Origin: Thermoanaerobaculia bacterium
GTDB lineage: Bacteria; Acidobacteriota; Thermoanaerobaculia; Multivoradales; Multivoraceae
Direction of reading: 5' to 3'
Length of the DNA stretch: 64,000 bases
Assembly: GCA_963666565.1 (NCBI GenBank)
Contig: OY762911.1
Coordinates: 2,592,001-2,656,000 of the forward strand
In this document: piece after piece, positions 35,537-46,918 of the stretch
Numbering within the stretch: the stretch's first letter is position 1
Layout of the letters: each line of letters opens with the position of its first letter
Program-made: the position numbers and the translations under genes
The notes under the pieces: model-generated
What the model saw: only the letters and a program-made list of their open reading frames with translations
Database searches by the model: none
Told to the model about the DNA's origin: nothing

Positions 35537-36730
35537 ATGTTCGTCGACTTCTTCTACCACCTCAGGGGCTACGGCCTGAAGGTGACGATCACGGAGTGGC
35601 TGTCCCTGATGAAGGCGCTGGGGATCGGCCACAGCCGGGCGGACCTGCACGTCTTCTACAACTTGGCCCGCTGCCTGATGGTCAAGCGGGAGGCGGACTT
35701 CGACAACTACGACCGCGCATTCGCCTCGTTCTTCATGGGCGTCGAGAACCACTTCGACATCGGCGACGAGCTGCTGGAGTGGCTGTCCAAGCCGGAACTG
35801 CCGCGGGAACTGACGGACGAGGAGCGCGCGAAGCTCGAGTCCCTCGACCTGGACGAGCTCCGCGAGCGCTTCAAGGAACTGCTCGACGAGCAGAAGGAGC
35901 GCCACGACGGCGGCAACCGCTGGATCGGGACGGGCGGCACGTCGCCCTTCGGCCACGGCGGCGAGCACCCGACGGGGGTTCGGATCGGCGGCGCGGGAGG
36001 CGGGCGCTCGGCGGTGCAGGTGGCGACCGACCGCCGCTTCCGCAACCTGCGCTCGGACCGCATCCTGGACACCCGGCAGATCGGGCTGGCGCTGCGCCGC
36101 CTGCGCAAGCTGGACAAGGACGAGGGGCCCGAGGAACTCGACATCGACGAGACGATCGACTCGAGCGCCCGCAACGCCGGCGAGATCGACCTCGTCTTCC
36201 GGCCGCCGAGACGCAACCGGATCAAGCTGCTCCTGCTGATCGACGTGGGCGGCTCGATGGACCCGCACACCCTGCTCTGCGAGCGGCTGTTCTCCGCCGC
36301 CCACAAGGCGAACCACTTCAAGAAGTTCGAGTTCAAGTTCTTCCACAACTGCGTGTACGAGAACCTGTACACCGACATCAGCCGCTGGAAGGGCGAGGCG
36401 ACCTCCCAGATCCTGAAGCGCCTGGACCACACCTGGTCCGTGTGCCTGGTCGGGGACGCCTGGATGAGCCCGTACGAGCTGACCCACACCGGCGGCGCGA
36501 TCGACTACTACCACACGAACCAGGTCACCGGCCTCGACTGGCTCCGCAAGTTCCGCGACCGTTGCCCGAACTCGATCTGGCTCAACCCGGAACCGCGGCG
36601 CATCTGGAACGCGCCGACGATCCACCTGATCCGGCAGGTGTTCCCGATGTTCGAACTGACCATCGACGGTCTGACCGAGGGCATCGACGTGTTGCGGGGC
36701 ATCCGGCCGAACCGCGCTCTCGCCGCCTGA
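35537..36730 (+). CDS. VWA-domain protein (CoxE-like)
   Basis: WIGTGGTSPFGHGG, DVGGSMD MIDAS-like motif, VGDAWMSPYE, WLNP. Confidence 0.88.
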   Translation: MFVDFFYHLRGYGLKVTITEWLSLMKALGIGHSRADLHVFYNLARCLMVKREADFDNYDRAFASFFMGVENHFDIGDELLEWLSKPELPRELTDEERAKLESLDLDELRERFKELLDEQKERHDGGNRWIGTGGTSPFGHGGEHPTGVRIGGAGGGRSAVQVATDRRFRNLRSDRILDTRQIGLALRRLRKLDKDEGPEELDIDETIDSSARNAGEIDLVFRPPRRNRIKLLLLIDVGGSMDPHTLLCERLFSAAHKANHFKKFEFKFFHNCVYENLYTDISRWKGEATSQILKRLDHTWSVCLVGDAWMSPYELTHTGGAIDYYHTNQVTGLDWLRKFRDRCPNSIWLNPEPRRIWNAPTIHLIRQVFPMFELTIDGLTEGIDVLRGIRPNRALAA

Positions 36731-36789
36731 ACCGGACCGCGCCCCCGGCGCCGGAATCGCGCGCTCGGGCGACGGGTTACACTCTCCGC

Positions 36790-37716
36790 ATGGACGAGAA
36801 ACCCGCCGGCGAGGAACGGCCCGAGGGAACGCCGCCGGGGGACCGGGAGCCGGATGCCGGCGACTCGGGCTTCGACGCGCCCCTGCGCCTGAGCCGCGAG
36901 GCCGAGTTCCCGCCCGAGGAGGCGCCGCCGGACCGGTCCGGGACGATGACGGTCGTCGTCATCGCCGCCGTGATCCTGATCGGCGCCGCCGCCGTCCTCT
37001 GGTGGTGGTTCGGGTCGCGCGGGGCAAGCCAGGACGCCGAAGCGCCGGTCGAACCGCCACCGCCGGCGGCTGGCCTGGACGCCGCCGGAGCTTCCGAAGA
37101 CGCCGAAGGCGGCGAGCCGCCAACTCCGGCCCCCGAGCCGCCGCCGGACCTGGCCGGGAGCGACTCCCTGGTCCGGGACGTGGTCGGCGGCCTGTCTCGG
37201 CACGCCGGGTGGGCCGCCTGGCTCGTGCCGGAGGAACTCGTCGTGAACTTCGTGCGCGCGGTCGGCGCCGTTGCCTACGACGAACCGCCCCAGGGCAGCC
37301 TGGAACCGTTGCGGCCGGAGGACGGCTTCAGCGTCGTCCGCCGGGGGCAGCGCTTCTACCCCGCGGAGACGAGCTACCGGCGGTACGACCTGGCGGTGGA
37401 GGTGTTCGATTCGATCGACGTGGCCGGCGTCGCCGGCGCCTGGGAGCGGCTCGAGCCGCTGCTCGAGCGGGCGCACGACGAACTCGGGTACCCGGCGGAG
37501 TTCGGCGACACCCTGGAACTCGCCGTGACCAAGCTCCTGCGGACGCCGGCGCCGGAGTCGCCGCCCGAACTCCGCTTGCGGGTCATCAGTTTCGAGTACG
37601 TCGATCCGGCGCTCGAGAGCCTGAGCCCGGCGCAGAAGCTGCTGCTGCGGCTGGGGCCCGACAACGACGGCCGGGTGCGGAACAAGGTCAGGGAACTGTA
37701 CGCGGCACTGGAGTAG
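36790..37716 (+). CDS. DUF3014 family membrane-anchored protein
   Basis: One TM segment, Pro-rich linker, SYRRYD...ELGYP...LESLSPAQKLLLRLGP.N. Confidence 0.8.
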   Translation: MDEKPAGEERPEGTPPGDREPDAGDSGFDAPLRLSREAEFPPEEAPPDRSGTMTVVVIAAVILIGAAAVLWWWFGSRGASQDAEAPVEPPPPAAGLDAAGASEDAEGGEPPTPAPEPPPDLAGSDSLVRDVVGGLSRHAGWAAWLVPEELVVNFVRAVGAVAYDEPPQGSLEPLRPEDGFSVVRRGQRFYPAETSYRRYDLAVEVFDSIDVAGVAGAWERLEPLLERAHDELGYPAEFGDTLELAVTKLLRTPAPESPPELRLRVISFEYVDPALESLSPAQKLLLRLGPDNDGRVRNKVRELYAALE

Positions 37717-37785
37717 GGCTCGTAGCCGCCGGCCCCGGCCATGCCGCCGCCGGTCTGCGCCACCTCGACAGGTCGTCCGCTCGGC

Positions 37786-39399
37786 TCAGCCGGCGGCGCG
37801 CCGCTGGGTCTCGGCGTAGCGCGGCAGCATGGCGTCGTAGATCGCGGCCGCTTCCGGCCGCGGCTCGGCCGAAGGGCCGGGCCGGCCCGCGGGCGGCAGG
37901 GGAGGCAGTCGTTGGCCGGTGGCGCGCAGCGCGGCGCCGAGGGCGGCGCCGTCGGTAACGTCGAGACTCTCGACGCGGCACCCGAGCACGTCGGCGGCGA
38001 TCTGGAGCAACTCGCGGTTTTGCGAGCCGCCGCCGGTGGCGACGAGTCGCTCCGGCCGGGTCGCCATCCACCCGGAGTTGAGCCGCATCGAAAGGAACTG
38101 GCCTTCGACCACCGCCCGGCAATTCCGGGCCGCCTGCTCCGGTTCGTCGCGCAGTCCGCCCAGCCGGTGGACGCGGGGCGTGGCCACCCGAGGCACGATC
38201 TCCGGTTCGAACCAGGGGAGCATCGTCATGCCGTCATTGCCCGGCGGCGTTGCCCGCAAGGCGGCGTCGAAGCCCGCCCAGTCCAGCCCGTACCGGTCCC
38301 GCACCGCCTCGCGAGCGAGCGACCCGTTGCGGAAGCAGATCAGGCTCATCGGATGCCCGCCCGGCGCGATGAACACGTGGCCGTTCGCCTCCGGGTCGAC
38401 CGCGACCTCCCTCAGGAGCCCGAAGTACGTGTCGCTCGTGCCGAGGCTCAGCACCGCCTCGCCCGGCTCCCGGACCCCGACGCCGACGAGTGAGCACGGG
38501 TTGTCTCCGGAGCCGGCGACGACCCGCGCCGAGGCCGGCAGGCCGTACCGGGACACGAAGTAGGGCGCGACCGGTCCGACCGCGGTCCACGGCGCGCAGG
38601 TCGGCGGCAGTCTGCCGTCGAGCCCCTTCGCGGTCGCCGCCATCGCGGTTTCCGACCATTCCCGCCGCCGAATGTCGAGCAGGTTCATGCCGGAACCGTC
38701 GCCATGGTCGATCGGCGCCAGCCTTCCGGCAAGTACCGAAGTGACGAAGGAACTGACAAGGCAGACGTGGGCCGTAGCGGCCCAGGCATCGGGCTCGGTC
38801 CGCGCGAAGCGCCGGATCTGGGGTCCGGTGAAGCGCTCGAAGGCGTCGCTGCCGGTGAGTTTCGCCGTCGCCGCGGCGCCGCCCAGCGCGTGCCGGATCT
38901 CCGCGCATTCCCGCGTGGTCGAGGAATCGGTCCAGATCGGCGCTTCGGGGCGGGAGAGGACAGGAGCGATCTGCTCGGCAAGGCTCCGCTTGGGAGTCAG
39001 GGACTGAAGTACGGCCTCTGCCCCCGGGCGGAGGTAAACGGAACCGTGCTGCTGGCCAGACACCGACACGCCGCCGATCTCGCGGCAGGCATCGGCGCCC
39101 AGTTTCTCGAAGACCAAGTCCAGGGCTTCGAGCCACATGCACGGCGGTGTTCGGCCGATCGCCGGATCGTCTCTCGGAAGCTGGCCGTTGACGGTTCCGT
39201 ACCGAGGAAGCTCCGAGTCGTAGTGCACTCCGGCGCGGCCGACGATGCCCGTGGCCCGATCGTCGCCGTCGCTGCCCGCTGGCCCGACCTCGACAAGAAT
39301 CGCCGTCAGGCTCTGGGTGCCGACATCGATCCCAAGGTAGAGCGACTCCCCGGCCGAGCCGCCGCCGCTATGCGGTCGCCGCTGCGCGGCGCGCTTCAT
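37786..39399 (-). CDS. xylB: FGGY carbohydrate kinase, probable xylulokinase
   Basis: LGIDVGTQS, SGQQHGSVY, ERFTGPQIR, GDNPCS, SLGTSDT, ATGGGS; downstream of xylA. Confidence 0.8.
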   Translation of the reverse strand: MKRAAQRRPHSGGGSAGESLYLGIDVGTQSLTAILVEVGPAGSDGDDRATGIVGRAGVHYDSELPRYGTVNGQLPRDDPAIGRTPPCMWLEALDLVFEKLGADACREIGGVSVSGQQHGSVYLRPGAEAVLQSLTPKRSLAEQIAPVLSRPEAPIWTDSSTTRECAEIRHALGGAAATAKLTGSDAFERFTGPQIRRFARTEPDAWAATAHVCLVSSFVTSVLAGRLAPIDHGDGSGMNLLDIRRREWSETAMAATAKGLDGRLPPTCAPWTAVGPVAPYFVSRYGLPASARVVAGSGDNPCSLVGVGVREPGEAVLSLGTSDTYFGLLREVAVDPEANGHVFIAPGGHPMSLICFRNGSLAREAVRDRYGLDWAGFDAALRATPPGNDGMTMLPWFEPEIVPRVATPRVHRLGGLRDEPEQAARNCRAVVEGQFLSMRLNSGWMATRPERLVATGGGSQNRELLQIAADVLGCRVESLDVTDGAALGAALRATGQRLPPLPPAGRPGPSAEPRPEAAAIYDAMLPRYAETQRRAAG

Positions 39400-39406
39400 T
39401 CCGGAA

Positions 39407-39532
39407 GCCGGCGGGGACGCCGGCGCACCCAGTGTGCGCCTCCTTTGCCGGGCGCGGGGACGGCGCGCCGTCGCCCGGCGCGACGTTCCGGCCGGCTACG
39501 CCGGCAGCGGGTCGGAAGACCCGCGCACCCAG
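39407..39532. repeat. Cluster of REP-like short palindromes
   Basis: GCCGGCggggacGCCGGCGCACCCAG (39407-39432) and GGCAGCGGGTCggaaGACCCGCGCACCCAG (39503-39532) share the tail GCGCACCCAG. Confidence 0.6.
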
Positions 39533-39585
39533 CGCGGCGGCCCCAGTCGCGCCCGTCCCGAGCTCCAATCGACCGACGCCGTCCA

Positions 39586-39762
39586 GCCTGACCGGGGAGC
39601 GGAGGGAGCGCGCCCCGGGGGACTCGAAGCGAGCGACGCCCGGTAGGCCACGCCAACCGACGACGAGCCGAAGCGAGCGGAGTGGAGCGAGCGCCAACCC
39701 TCCATCCTCCGACCGAGCGCGAGCGGCCCCAGGGGCGCGCTCCCTCCGCTCCCCGGTCAGGC
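39586..39762. mobile_element. MITE-like non-coding element with 31-bp perfect terminal inverted repeats
   Basis: GCCTGACCGGGGAGCGGAGGGAGCGCGCCCC at 39586-39616 and its exact reverse complement at 39732-39762; no transposase; no clear target-site duplication. Confidence 0.55.
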
Positions 39763-39787
39763 GGGTGCAACCGCACGGCCGCTCCGC

Positions 39788-41131
39788 TCACTCGATGCGG
39801 GTGCTGTACAGGTAGTCGTTCAGGAGGCTCTCGAGTTCCTCCTGCCGGCCGCTCGTCCTGGGCGGCTCGCCGAGGCTTCCGGCCCACTGTTCCAGCTCCT
39901 CGAGGGAGGTGTCGCCGGCGAGCGCCTTGCGCCCCAGGCCGCGGCGGTAGCCGGCGTAGCGCTGGCGGATCCGCTTGCCGGCGAGGCCGAGCACGCCGTC
40001 CTTCCGGATGCGCTCGACGATCAGCAGCGCCTTGGCGAAGACGTCCATCGAAGCGACGTGCGCGTGGAACAGGTCGACCGTGTCGAAGGAGCCTCGCCGC
40101 ACCTTGGCGTCGAAGTTCAGGCCGCCCCAGCGCAGGCCGCGCTGGCCGCGGATGACGAGCAGCGTCAGCACGCACTCGCGCAGGCTCATCGCGAAGTTGT
40201 CCGTGTCCCAGCCGACGCCCTCGAGGCCGCGGTTGATGTCGACGCTGCCGAGCATGCCGGCGCCGGCCGCCGTCATCAGCTCATGCTCGAACGAGTGGGT
40301 GGCCAGGGTCGCGTGGTTCGCCTCGACGTTCAGCAGGAAGTCGTCCATCAGGTCGAACTCGCGCAGGAAGTTCAGGCAATGGGCGCAGTCGAAGTCGTAC
40401 TGGTGAACCGACGGCTCCTTCGCCTTGGGTTCCAGGAAGAACTTGCCCTTGAAGCCCTGGCGGCGCGCGTAGTCGACGGCGAGCCGCAGGAAGGCGGCCA
40501 GTTGCTCGCGCTCGCGGCGCATGTCCGTGTTGATCAGCGACGTGTAGCCCTCGCGGCCGCCCCAGAACACGTAGCCGGTGCCACCGAGTTCGATCGTGGC
40601 GTCGATCGCCCGGCGCACCTGGGCGGCGGCGTGGGCGAAGACCCGCGGGTCGGGGTTGGTCGCCGCGCCGTGCGTGTAGCGCGGGTGCGAGAACAGGTTG
40701 GCCGTGCCCCAGAGCAGCTTGACGCCGGTTTCGCGCTGCCGGATCCTGGCCAGTTGGACGACTTCCTCGAGGTACTCGTTGCTCTCCGCGATCGAGCGGC
40801 CCTCGGGAGCGATGTCCCGGTCGTGGAAGCAGTAGTAGCGCACGCCGAGCTTGGTGAAGAACTCGAACGCCGCGTTCAGCGTGCGAACGGCGACCTCGAT
40901 CTCCGTCGGCGCGTGGTTCCAGGGCCGGTCGTACACCGGATCCGGCCCGAACGGGTCCTGGCCGCCACCCTTGAAGGTGTGCCAGTAGGCGACGGCGAAC
41001 TTGAGGTGGTTCTCCATCGTCCGGTTGCCGACCCGGCGTTTCCGGTCGTAGTACCTGAAGGCCAGCGGCGCCCGGCTGTCGGGGCCGTGGAAGGGGATGG
41101 GCTTGCCGACCTCGGGGAAGAAGGGCGTCAT
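39788..41131 (-). CDS. xylA: Xylose isomerase (class II)
   Basis: FAVAYWHTF, FHDRD, LWGTANLF, WGGREGY, EPK, VEANHA, GWDTD, GGLNFDAK. Confidence 0.95.
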   Translation of the reverse strand: MTPFFPEVGKPIPFHGPDSRAPLAFRYYDRKRRVGNRTMENHLKFAVAYWHTFKGGGQDPFGPDPVYDRPWNHAPTEIEVAVRTLNAAFEFFTKLGVRYYCFHDRDIAPEGRSIAESNEYLEEVVQLARIRQRETGVKLLWGTANLFSHPRYTHGAATNPDPRVFAHAAAQVRRAIDATIELGGTGYVFWGGREGYTSLINTDMRREREQLAAFLRLAVDYARRQGFKGKFFLEPKAKEPSVHQYDFDCAHCLNFLREFDLMDDFLLNVEANHATLATHSFEHELMTAAGAGMLGSVDINRGLEGVGWDTDNFAMSLRECVLTLLVIRGQRGLRWGGLNFDAKVRRGSFDTVDLFHAHVASMDVFAKALLIVERIRKDGVLGLAGKRIRQRYAGYRRGLGRKALAGDTSLEELEQWAGSLGEPPRTSGRQEELESLLNDYLYSTRIE

Positions 41132-41155
41132 CTCGGAGTTCGCCTCATGCGTCCG

Positions 41156-42151
<996 letters not shown>

Positions 42152-42275
42152 GGCGTTCCTCCTGGAGGTTGCGGTGTGCGGTTCATCGATTCCGGCCGTC
42201 CGGGAACGTGGGCGCGCTGCCGGCGTTCGGCGCGAGGCGCCGGTCCGCGAACGATCGCCGGCGTCGGCACGCCGG

Positions 42276-43433
42276 CTACTCCGGCATCCTGAGCCACTTC
42301 CGGTCGCTCTCGCTGCTGGCGACGACCGTCTCGACGAACTGCATCCCGCGCAGCCCGTCGTGGACGGTGGGGAAGTCGAGCATCGTTGCGTCGGGCTCGG
42401 CGCCGCGGCGCCGGCAGTCGAGCGTCCGGGCGAAGTTGCGGTAGAGGTTGGCGAACGCCTCGAGGAAGCCTTCCGGGTGGCCGGCGGGCAGCCGGGTGTG
42501 CGCCGCCGCGTCGTCGCTCAGCCCCTGGCTCGAGGTGCGCAGCATCTCGCGCGGGCGGTCGAGCCACTTGAGGATCAGGGTGTTCGGCTCCTCCTGGCGC
42601 CACTCCAGGCCGCCGAGTTCGCCGTAGACCCGGATCGCCAGCGCGTTCTCCTCGTCGATGGAGATCTGGGAGGCGTAGAGCACCCCGCGCGCGCCGTTGT
42701 CGAAACGCAGCAGGACGTTGCCGTCGTCCTCGAGCGGCCGACCGTCGACGAAGGTGGTCAGGTCGGCGCACAACGACTCGATGCGGAGGCCGGTGATCGC
42801 CTCGGCGAGGTTCTCGGCGTGGGTGCCGATGTCGCCGATGCAGCAACTGATTCCGGCCCGCTCGGGGTCCGTCCGCCAGTCCGCCTGCTTCTGACCGTCC
42901 GACTCGAGCTTCGTGGCGAGCCAGCCCTGCGGATACTCGACGACGATCTTCCGCACCTTGCCGAGCTGGCCGCTTCGCACCCGGTGCCGGGCCTCCTTGA
43001 CCATCGGGTAGCCGGTGTAGTTGTGAGTCAGCCCGAAGGTGAGGCCGGTCCGTTCGACGAGTTCGACCAGGGCCTCCGCTTCGGCGGCCGACTTCGTCAT
43101 CGGCTTGTCGCTCATCACGTGGAAGCCGGCCTCGAGCGCGGCCTTTGCCACCGGGAAGTGCAGGTGGTTGGGCGTGACGATGGAGACGAAGTCCATCCGC
43201 TCGGCCGGGTCGAGGGCGGCTTCGCGCTCCATCATCTCCTGGTAGGCGCCGTAGCAGCGCTCGGGCGGCAGGAAGAGGTCGGCGCCGGAGGCCCTGGAGC
43301 GCTCGGGATCCGAACTGAAGGCGCCGCAGGCGAGCTCGATCAGGCCGTCGAGCCCGGCCGCCATCCGGTGAACGGCGCCGATGAAGGCGCCCTGGCCGCC
43401 GCCGACCATGCCCATGCGGATCTTCCGTTCCAT
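42276..43433 (-). CDS. Gfo/Idh/MocA oxidoreductase
   Basis: [33 protein letters not shown]. Confidence 0.92.
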   Translation of the reverse strand: MERKIRMGMVGGGQGAFIGAVHRMAAGLDGLIELACGAFSSDPERSRASGADLFLPPERCYGAYQEMMEREAALDPAERMDFVSIVTPNHLHFPVAKAALEAGFHVMSDKPMTKSAAEAEALVELVERTGLTFGLTHNYTGYPMVKEARHRVRSGQLGKVRKIVVEYPQGWLATKLESDGQKQADWRTDPERAGISCCIGDIGTHAENLAEAITGLRIESLCADLTTFVDGRPLEDDGNVLLRFDNGARGVLYASQISIDEENALAIRVYGELGGLEWRQEEPNTLILKWLDRPREMLRTSSQGLSDDAAAHTRLPAGHPEGFLEAFANLYRNFARTLDCRRRGAEPDATMLDFPTVHDGLRGMQFVETVVASSESDRKWLRMPE

Positions 43434-43459
43434 CGCGTTCCTCCGGCCCGGGCGCGGGG

Positions 43460-45763
43460 TCAGTTGGCCGTGATCGCCACGTTGTCGTAGGAGACCACCG
43501 ACGGCGAGTAGCCGAGCAGGCCGGGAGAACCGCTGCGGATCGGATGCGGATCGACTGCGGTCACGGTCCAGTCGGCGGGCTCGTCCGTGCCCCGCGGCCA
43601 GACCTTGCCGCGGATCGTGGCCGTGTCGCCGGCGCTCTCGACGCGCAGCTTCATCGTATACCAGCGGTCCATCTCGACCTCGAAGTCGGCCGAACTCTCG
43701 ACCCGGAGTTGCGCCGACCAGGATCGAATCTGCAGGCGCTGATGAATGCCGAGCAGGTCCAGGATGTAACCGCTGGCGATCAGGCCCGCGTCCGACTTGC
43801 GGCGGCCCTTCTGCGTGAGGCGGACGTCGGCCTGGATCGTGTAGTCGCCCAGGCTGGGCGGACCGAGCAGCAGGGGCGAGCGCAGCAGGCCTCGTTCCGC
43901 GACCGGCTTGATCAGAATGCTCTCGCTGTCTTCCTCGGCGATGTCGTAGCGTCCGCCGCCGATCCACAGGCCGCGCTTGCCGCCCGAGAAGTCCTCGCTC
44001 CATGGAAGCGGCGGAAACACCCGGATCCGCGCCTCGGCTTCGAGATCGCCGCTCTTCGCGACCAGCGCACCGGCGGCGAAGCCCGAGCCGGCGGGGATCG
44101 TGACGCTCGATCCGGCGAGCTCGGCGTCGAGACCCCCGATCGACCATGTGGCATCGACCGGCCCCAGCGCGCGGCCCATGGCGTCGAAGGCCTCGACCTG
44201 GAACTCGTGGGTTTCGCCAGGGTTCGCGGTCACTTCGGCGGGTACGACGAGCAGCGTCACGGGCGGTCCCTCCGCCGAGCCTTCGTCGCCGAGGCCGGGC
44301 GCGGCCGACGCGGTCGCCTCGAACGGAGCGTCGCTGTCGCCCAGGCAGTAGAGGCCCTCTTCCGTCGTGAAGTAGATCCGCCCGTAGGCGATCGCCGCCG
44401 ACCCGTAGAACTCGGCGTAGCGCCGGCCGTCGGGCATCCTGATCTCGTGCCGGGCGAGGATCTCGGCGCTGTCGTTGCCGGGTCCGACGATGGCGAAGTG
44501 GCCGTTCGTCTCCGGAACGTAGAGCTTGCCGTCGGCCCACACGGGCGACGCCTTGCCGACCGTGCCGATGCTGAGTTCCCAGTGCACTTCGCCGGTGGCC
44601 GCCTCGACCGCGGCGAGGTTGCCCTGGTTGTTCACGACGTAGAGCCGGCCGTCGTGGAGCGCCGGCGAAGGGAATCCGGCCTTGTTCCGGTTCCAGCGCC
44701 ACAGTTCGCCGGTGGCCGTGAGGTCGCCGCTGCCGGTGCCGTCTATCGCCACCACCCGGCCGAGGGTGGCTTCGTCGATGTTCTCCTCGCTGTGGGAGAC
44801 GAAGACCCGGCCCGCGTCGTCCACCGCGGGAGAGACGTTGATGCCGCGCTTCGACAGCTCGAACTCCCAGACCTTCCTGCCGGTCCTGGCCTGCAGCGCG
44901 TAGATGTGTCCGTCGGCGTTGCCGCCGATCAGAAGCCGCTGGCCGTCGACGACGGCGACGACGGGCGTGGACTGGGTGTTTCGGTCGTAGACGTTGCCGC
45001 CGGGAGTCGACATCCAGCGCACGGCCCCCGTGCGCTTGTCGAAGGCGTAGTAGCGGTGGCGGGGCGGACCCTGGGCGCCCCAACTGCCGTTGATCATGTT
45101 CAGGATCACCTGGTCCTCGTCGATGACCGCGGATGCCGTACGGCCGCCGTAGCCCTCGAAACGGCCGTGCTCCTCCTTGAGCGAACGCGACCAGACGACG
45201 TCGCCGTCGCGGTCGAGGCACAGGAAGAGGCCGCTCACCAGTTGCGCGTAGATGTAGCCGGTCTCGGGGTCGCCGGTCAGCGAGGCCCAGCCGACCCGGT
45301 TCATCGCCACGGTGGTCAGGTAGAGGTTGTAGCGGTTCTCCCAGATCGGCTCGCCGGTCTCGGCGTCGAACGCCGCGACCACCGCCTGCTGGTCGACGCC
45401 GGTTCCGGCGCGGCCGTTGGCGTACACCCGGCCGCCCATCACGACGGGCGTCGAGCGGGCGATGAAGTCCTGTCGCCAGATCAGGTTCTCTCCCTCCGGA
45501 CTCCAGGTGTCGATCAGGCCGGTCGAGGGCGAGTAGCCGTTCTGGTTGGGACCCCGCCAGGACGTCCATTCGTTGGCGGCAAGCGGCGTCGCGAGGAGGA
45601 TCGCTCCCAGTAGCCCGCAGGCCGGCAGCGAGTTCGGTCCGCGTGCCCGGCGCCGGGCGCCCGGACTCGTTCGCCGGTTGCGCGGGATCGCGCCGGCAGT
45701 GTTCCGTGTGCTGCTTCGTTCAGGCATGTGGTTGCGGGCGGCGGCCCTGCCCGAGTCGCTCAT
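43460..45763 (-). CDS. PQQ-binding-like beta-propeller protein (start uncertain)
   Basis: WTSWRGP after a signal peptide; repeated A.D..TG...W and SP motifs. Confidence 0.8.
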   Translation of the reverse strand: MSDSGRAAARNHMPERSSTRNTAGAIPRNRRTSPGARRRARGPNSLPACGLLGAILLATPLAANEWTSWRGPNQNGYSPSTGLIDTWSPEGENLIWRQDFIARSTPVVMGGRVYANGRAGTGVDQQAVVAAFDAETGEPIWENRYNLYLTTVAMNRVGWASLTGDPETGYIYAQLVSGLFLCLDRDGDVVWSRSLKEEHGRFEGYGGRTASAVIDEDQVILNMINGSWGAQGPPRHRYYAFDKRTGAVRWMSTPGGNVYDRNTQSTPVVAVVDGQRLLIGGNADGHIYALQARTGRKVWEFELSKRGINVSPAVDDAGRVFVSHSEENIDEATLGRVVAIDGTGSGDLTATGELWRWNRNKAGFPSPALHDGRLYVVNNQGNLAAVEAATGEVHWELSIGTVGKASPVWADGKLYVPETNGHFAIVGPGNDSAEILARHEIRMPDGRRYAEFYGSAAIAYGRIYFTTEEGLYCLGDSDAPFEATASAAPGLGDEGSAEGPPVTLLVVPAEVTANPGETHEFQVEAFDAMGRALGPVDATWSIGGLDAELAGSSVTIPAGSGFAAGALVAKSGDLEAEARIRVFPPLPWSEDFSGGKRGLWIGGGRYDIAEEDSESILIKPVAERGLLRSPLLLGPPSLGDYTIQADVRLTQKGRRKSDAGLIASGYILDLLGIHQRLQIRSWSAQLRVESSADFEVEMDRWYTMKLRVESAGDTATIRGKVWPRGTDEPADWTVTAVDPHPIRSGSPGLLGYSPSVVSYDNVAITAN

Positions 45764-45873
45764 TCCGTGCAGTCTCCTGGCCGGTCGTCTGTTGCCGCGC
45801 GGTCGCGGGTCGGCAATGAACCCGGTAGAGTAGCAACAAGCACGACCGGCCCGCAGGGCCAGGAAGACTCTCC

Positions 45874-46494
45874 ATGTCGCTCACTCCCGACCTCGCGTCC
45901 CGCATCCAGGACATCGTCGATTCCGCGCCGACCGTCCTGTTCATGAAGGGCAACCCGGCCGCGCCCCAGTGCGGTTTCTCCGCCCAGGTCGTCCAGGTGC
46001 TGAATCGCGTTCTGCCGGAGTACGCGACCTTCGACGTCCTGTCCGACGGCGAGGTCCGCGAGGGAGTCAAGGAGTTCTCCGACTGGCCGACGATCCCGCA
46101 GCTCTACATCAAGGGCGAGTTCATGGGCGGCTGCGACATCGTCAAGGAGATGTACGACAACGGCGAACTCCACGACGCGCTGGGCTTGGACCGCGCGGAC
46201 TTGTCCGCCGAAGAGGTCGAGATCGCGATCAGCGACGGGGCGGAGCGGATCCTCCGGAACGCCCAGCAGCAGCAGGAGGCGGAGCTCCACTTCGGCATCG
46301 ACGCGAAGTTCCAGCCCTTCCTCGGCTTCGGCCCGGCGACGGGCGCGGAGCTGCGGGTGCCGGTCGGCGGCCTGTTCTTCCTCCTCGACCGGGACAGCGC
46401 GGGGCGGGCGCGGGGCGCCTCGATCAAGGTGGTCGACACCGAGCACGGGCAGCGCCTCGACGTCGACATCCCGGCGGCCCGGGCGACGGGCTGA
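45874..46494 (+). CDS. grxD: Monothiol glutaredoxin (Grx4) with C-terminal HesB/IscA-like extension
   Basis: LFMKG..PQCGFS, WPTIPQLY..GEF.GGCDI; about 100 extra C-terminal residues. Confidence 0.88.
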   Translation: MSLTPDLASRIQDIVDSAPTVLFMKGNPAAPQCGFSAQVVQVLNRVLPEYATFDVLSDGEVREGVKEFSDWPTIPQLYIKGEFMGGCDIVKEMYDNGELHDALGLDRADLSAEEVEIAISDGAERILRNAQQQQEAELHFGIDAKFQPFLGFGPATGAELRVPVGGLFFLLDRDSAGRARGASIKVVDTEHGQRLDVDIPAARATG

Positions 46495-46571
46495 TTGCGC
46501 GGGCCCGTGACGTCGATGGCGATGCCCCCTCCGGCCGTCCGAGCGCTCGGCTGAATCGACCGGCGCGGGGA

Positions 46572-46847
46572 ATGGAGATCGCCGGCCAGCAGACGCCGCG
46601 AGAGACGGCGGCGCGCATCCGGGAGGCGGTGGCGGCCGCGCTGCCGGACGCCCGCATCGAGGTAACGGGGGAAGGGAACCACTTCAGCCTGCGGGTCGAG
46701 TCCGCGGCCTTTGCCGGCAAGCGGACGCTGGCGCGCCAGCGGCTCGTGCTGCGGGCGATAGCGCCGCTGATGAAGGGCGACGCGGCGCCGGTCCACGCGA
46801 TCGACCGCCTGGAGACGGTCGTGCCGGCCGGGGGCGAGGGCCAATAG
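46572..46847 (+). CDS. BolA/IbaG family protein
   Basis: NHFSLRVESAAFAGK..LARQRLV...VHAI; next to Grx4. Confidence 0.85.
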   Translation: MEIAGQQTPRETAARIREAVAAALPDARIEVTGEGNHFSLRVESAAFAGKRTLARQRLVLRAIAPLMKGDAAPVHAIDRLETVVPAGGEGQ

Positions 46848-46918
46848 CTGAGTCGCCACTCAGTGTGGTAGGGTTCGCCCAGCAACTCGCAACCAGACTC
46901 CCTGGGAGGAAGCCCGTG

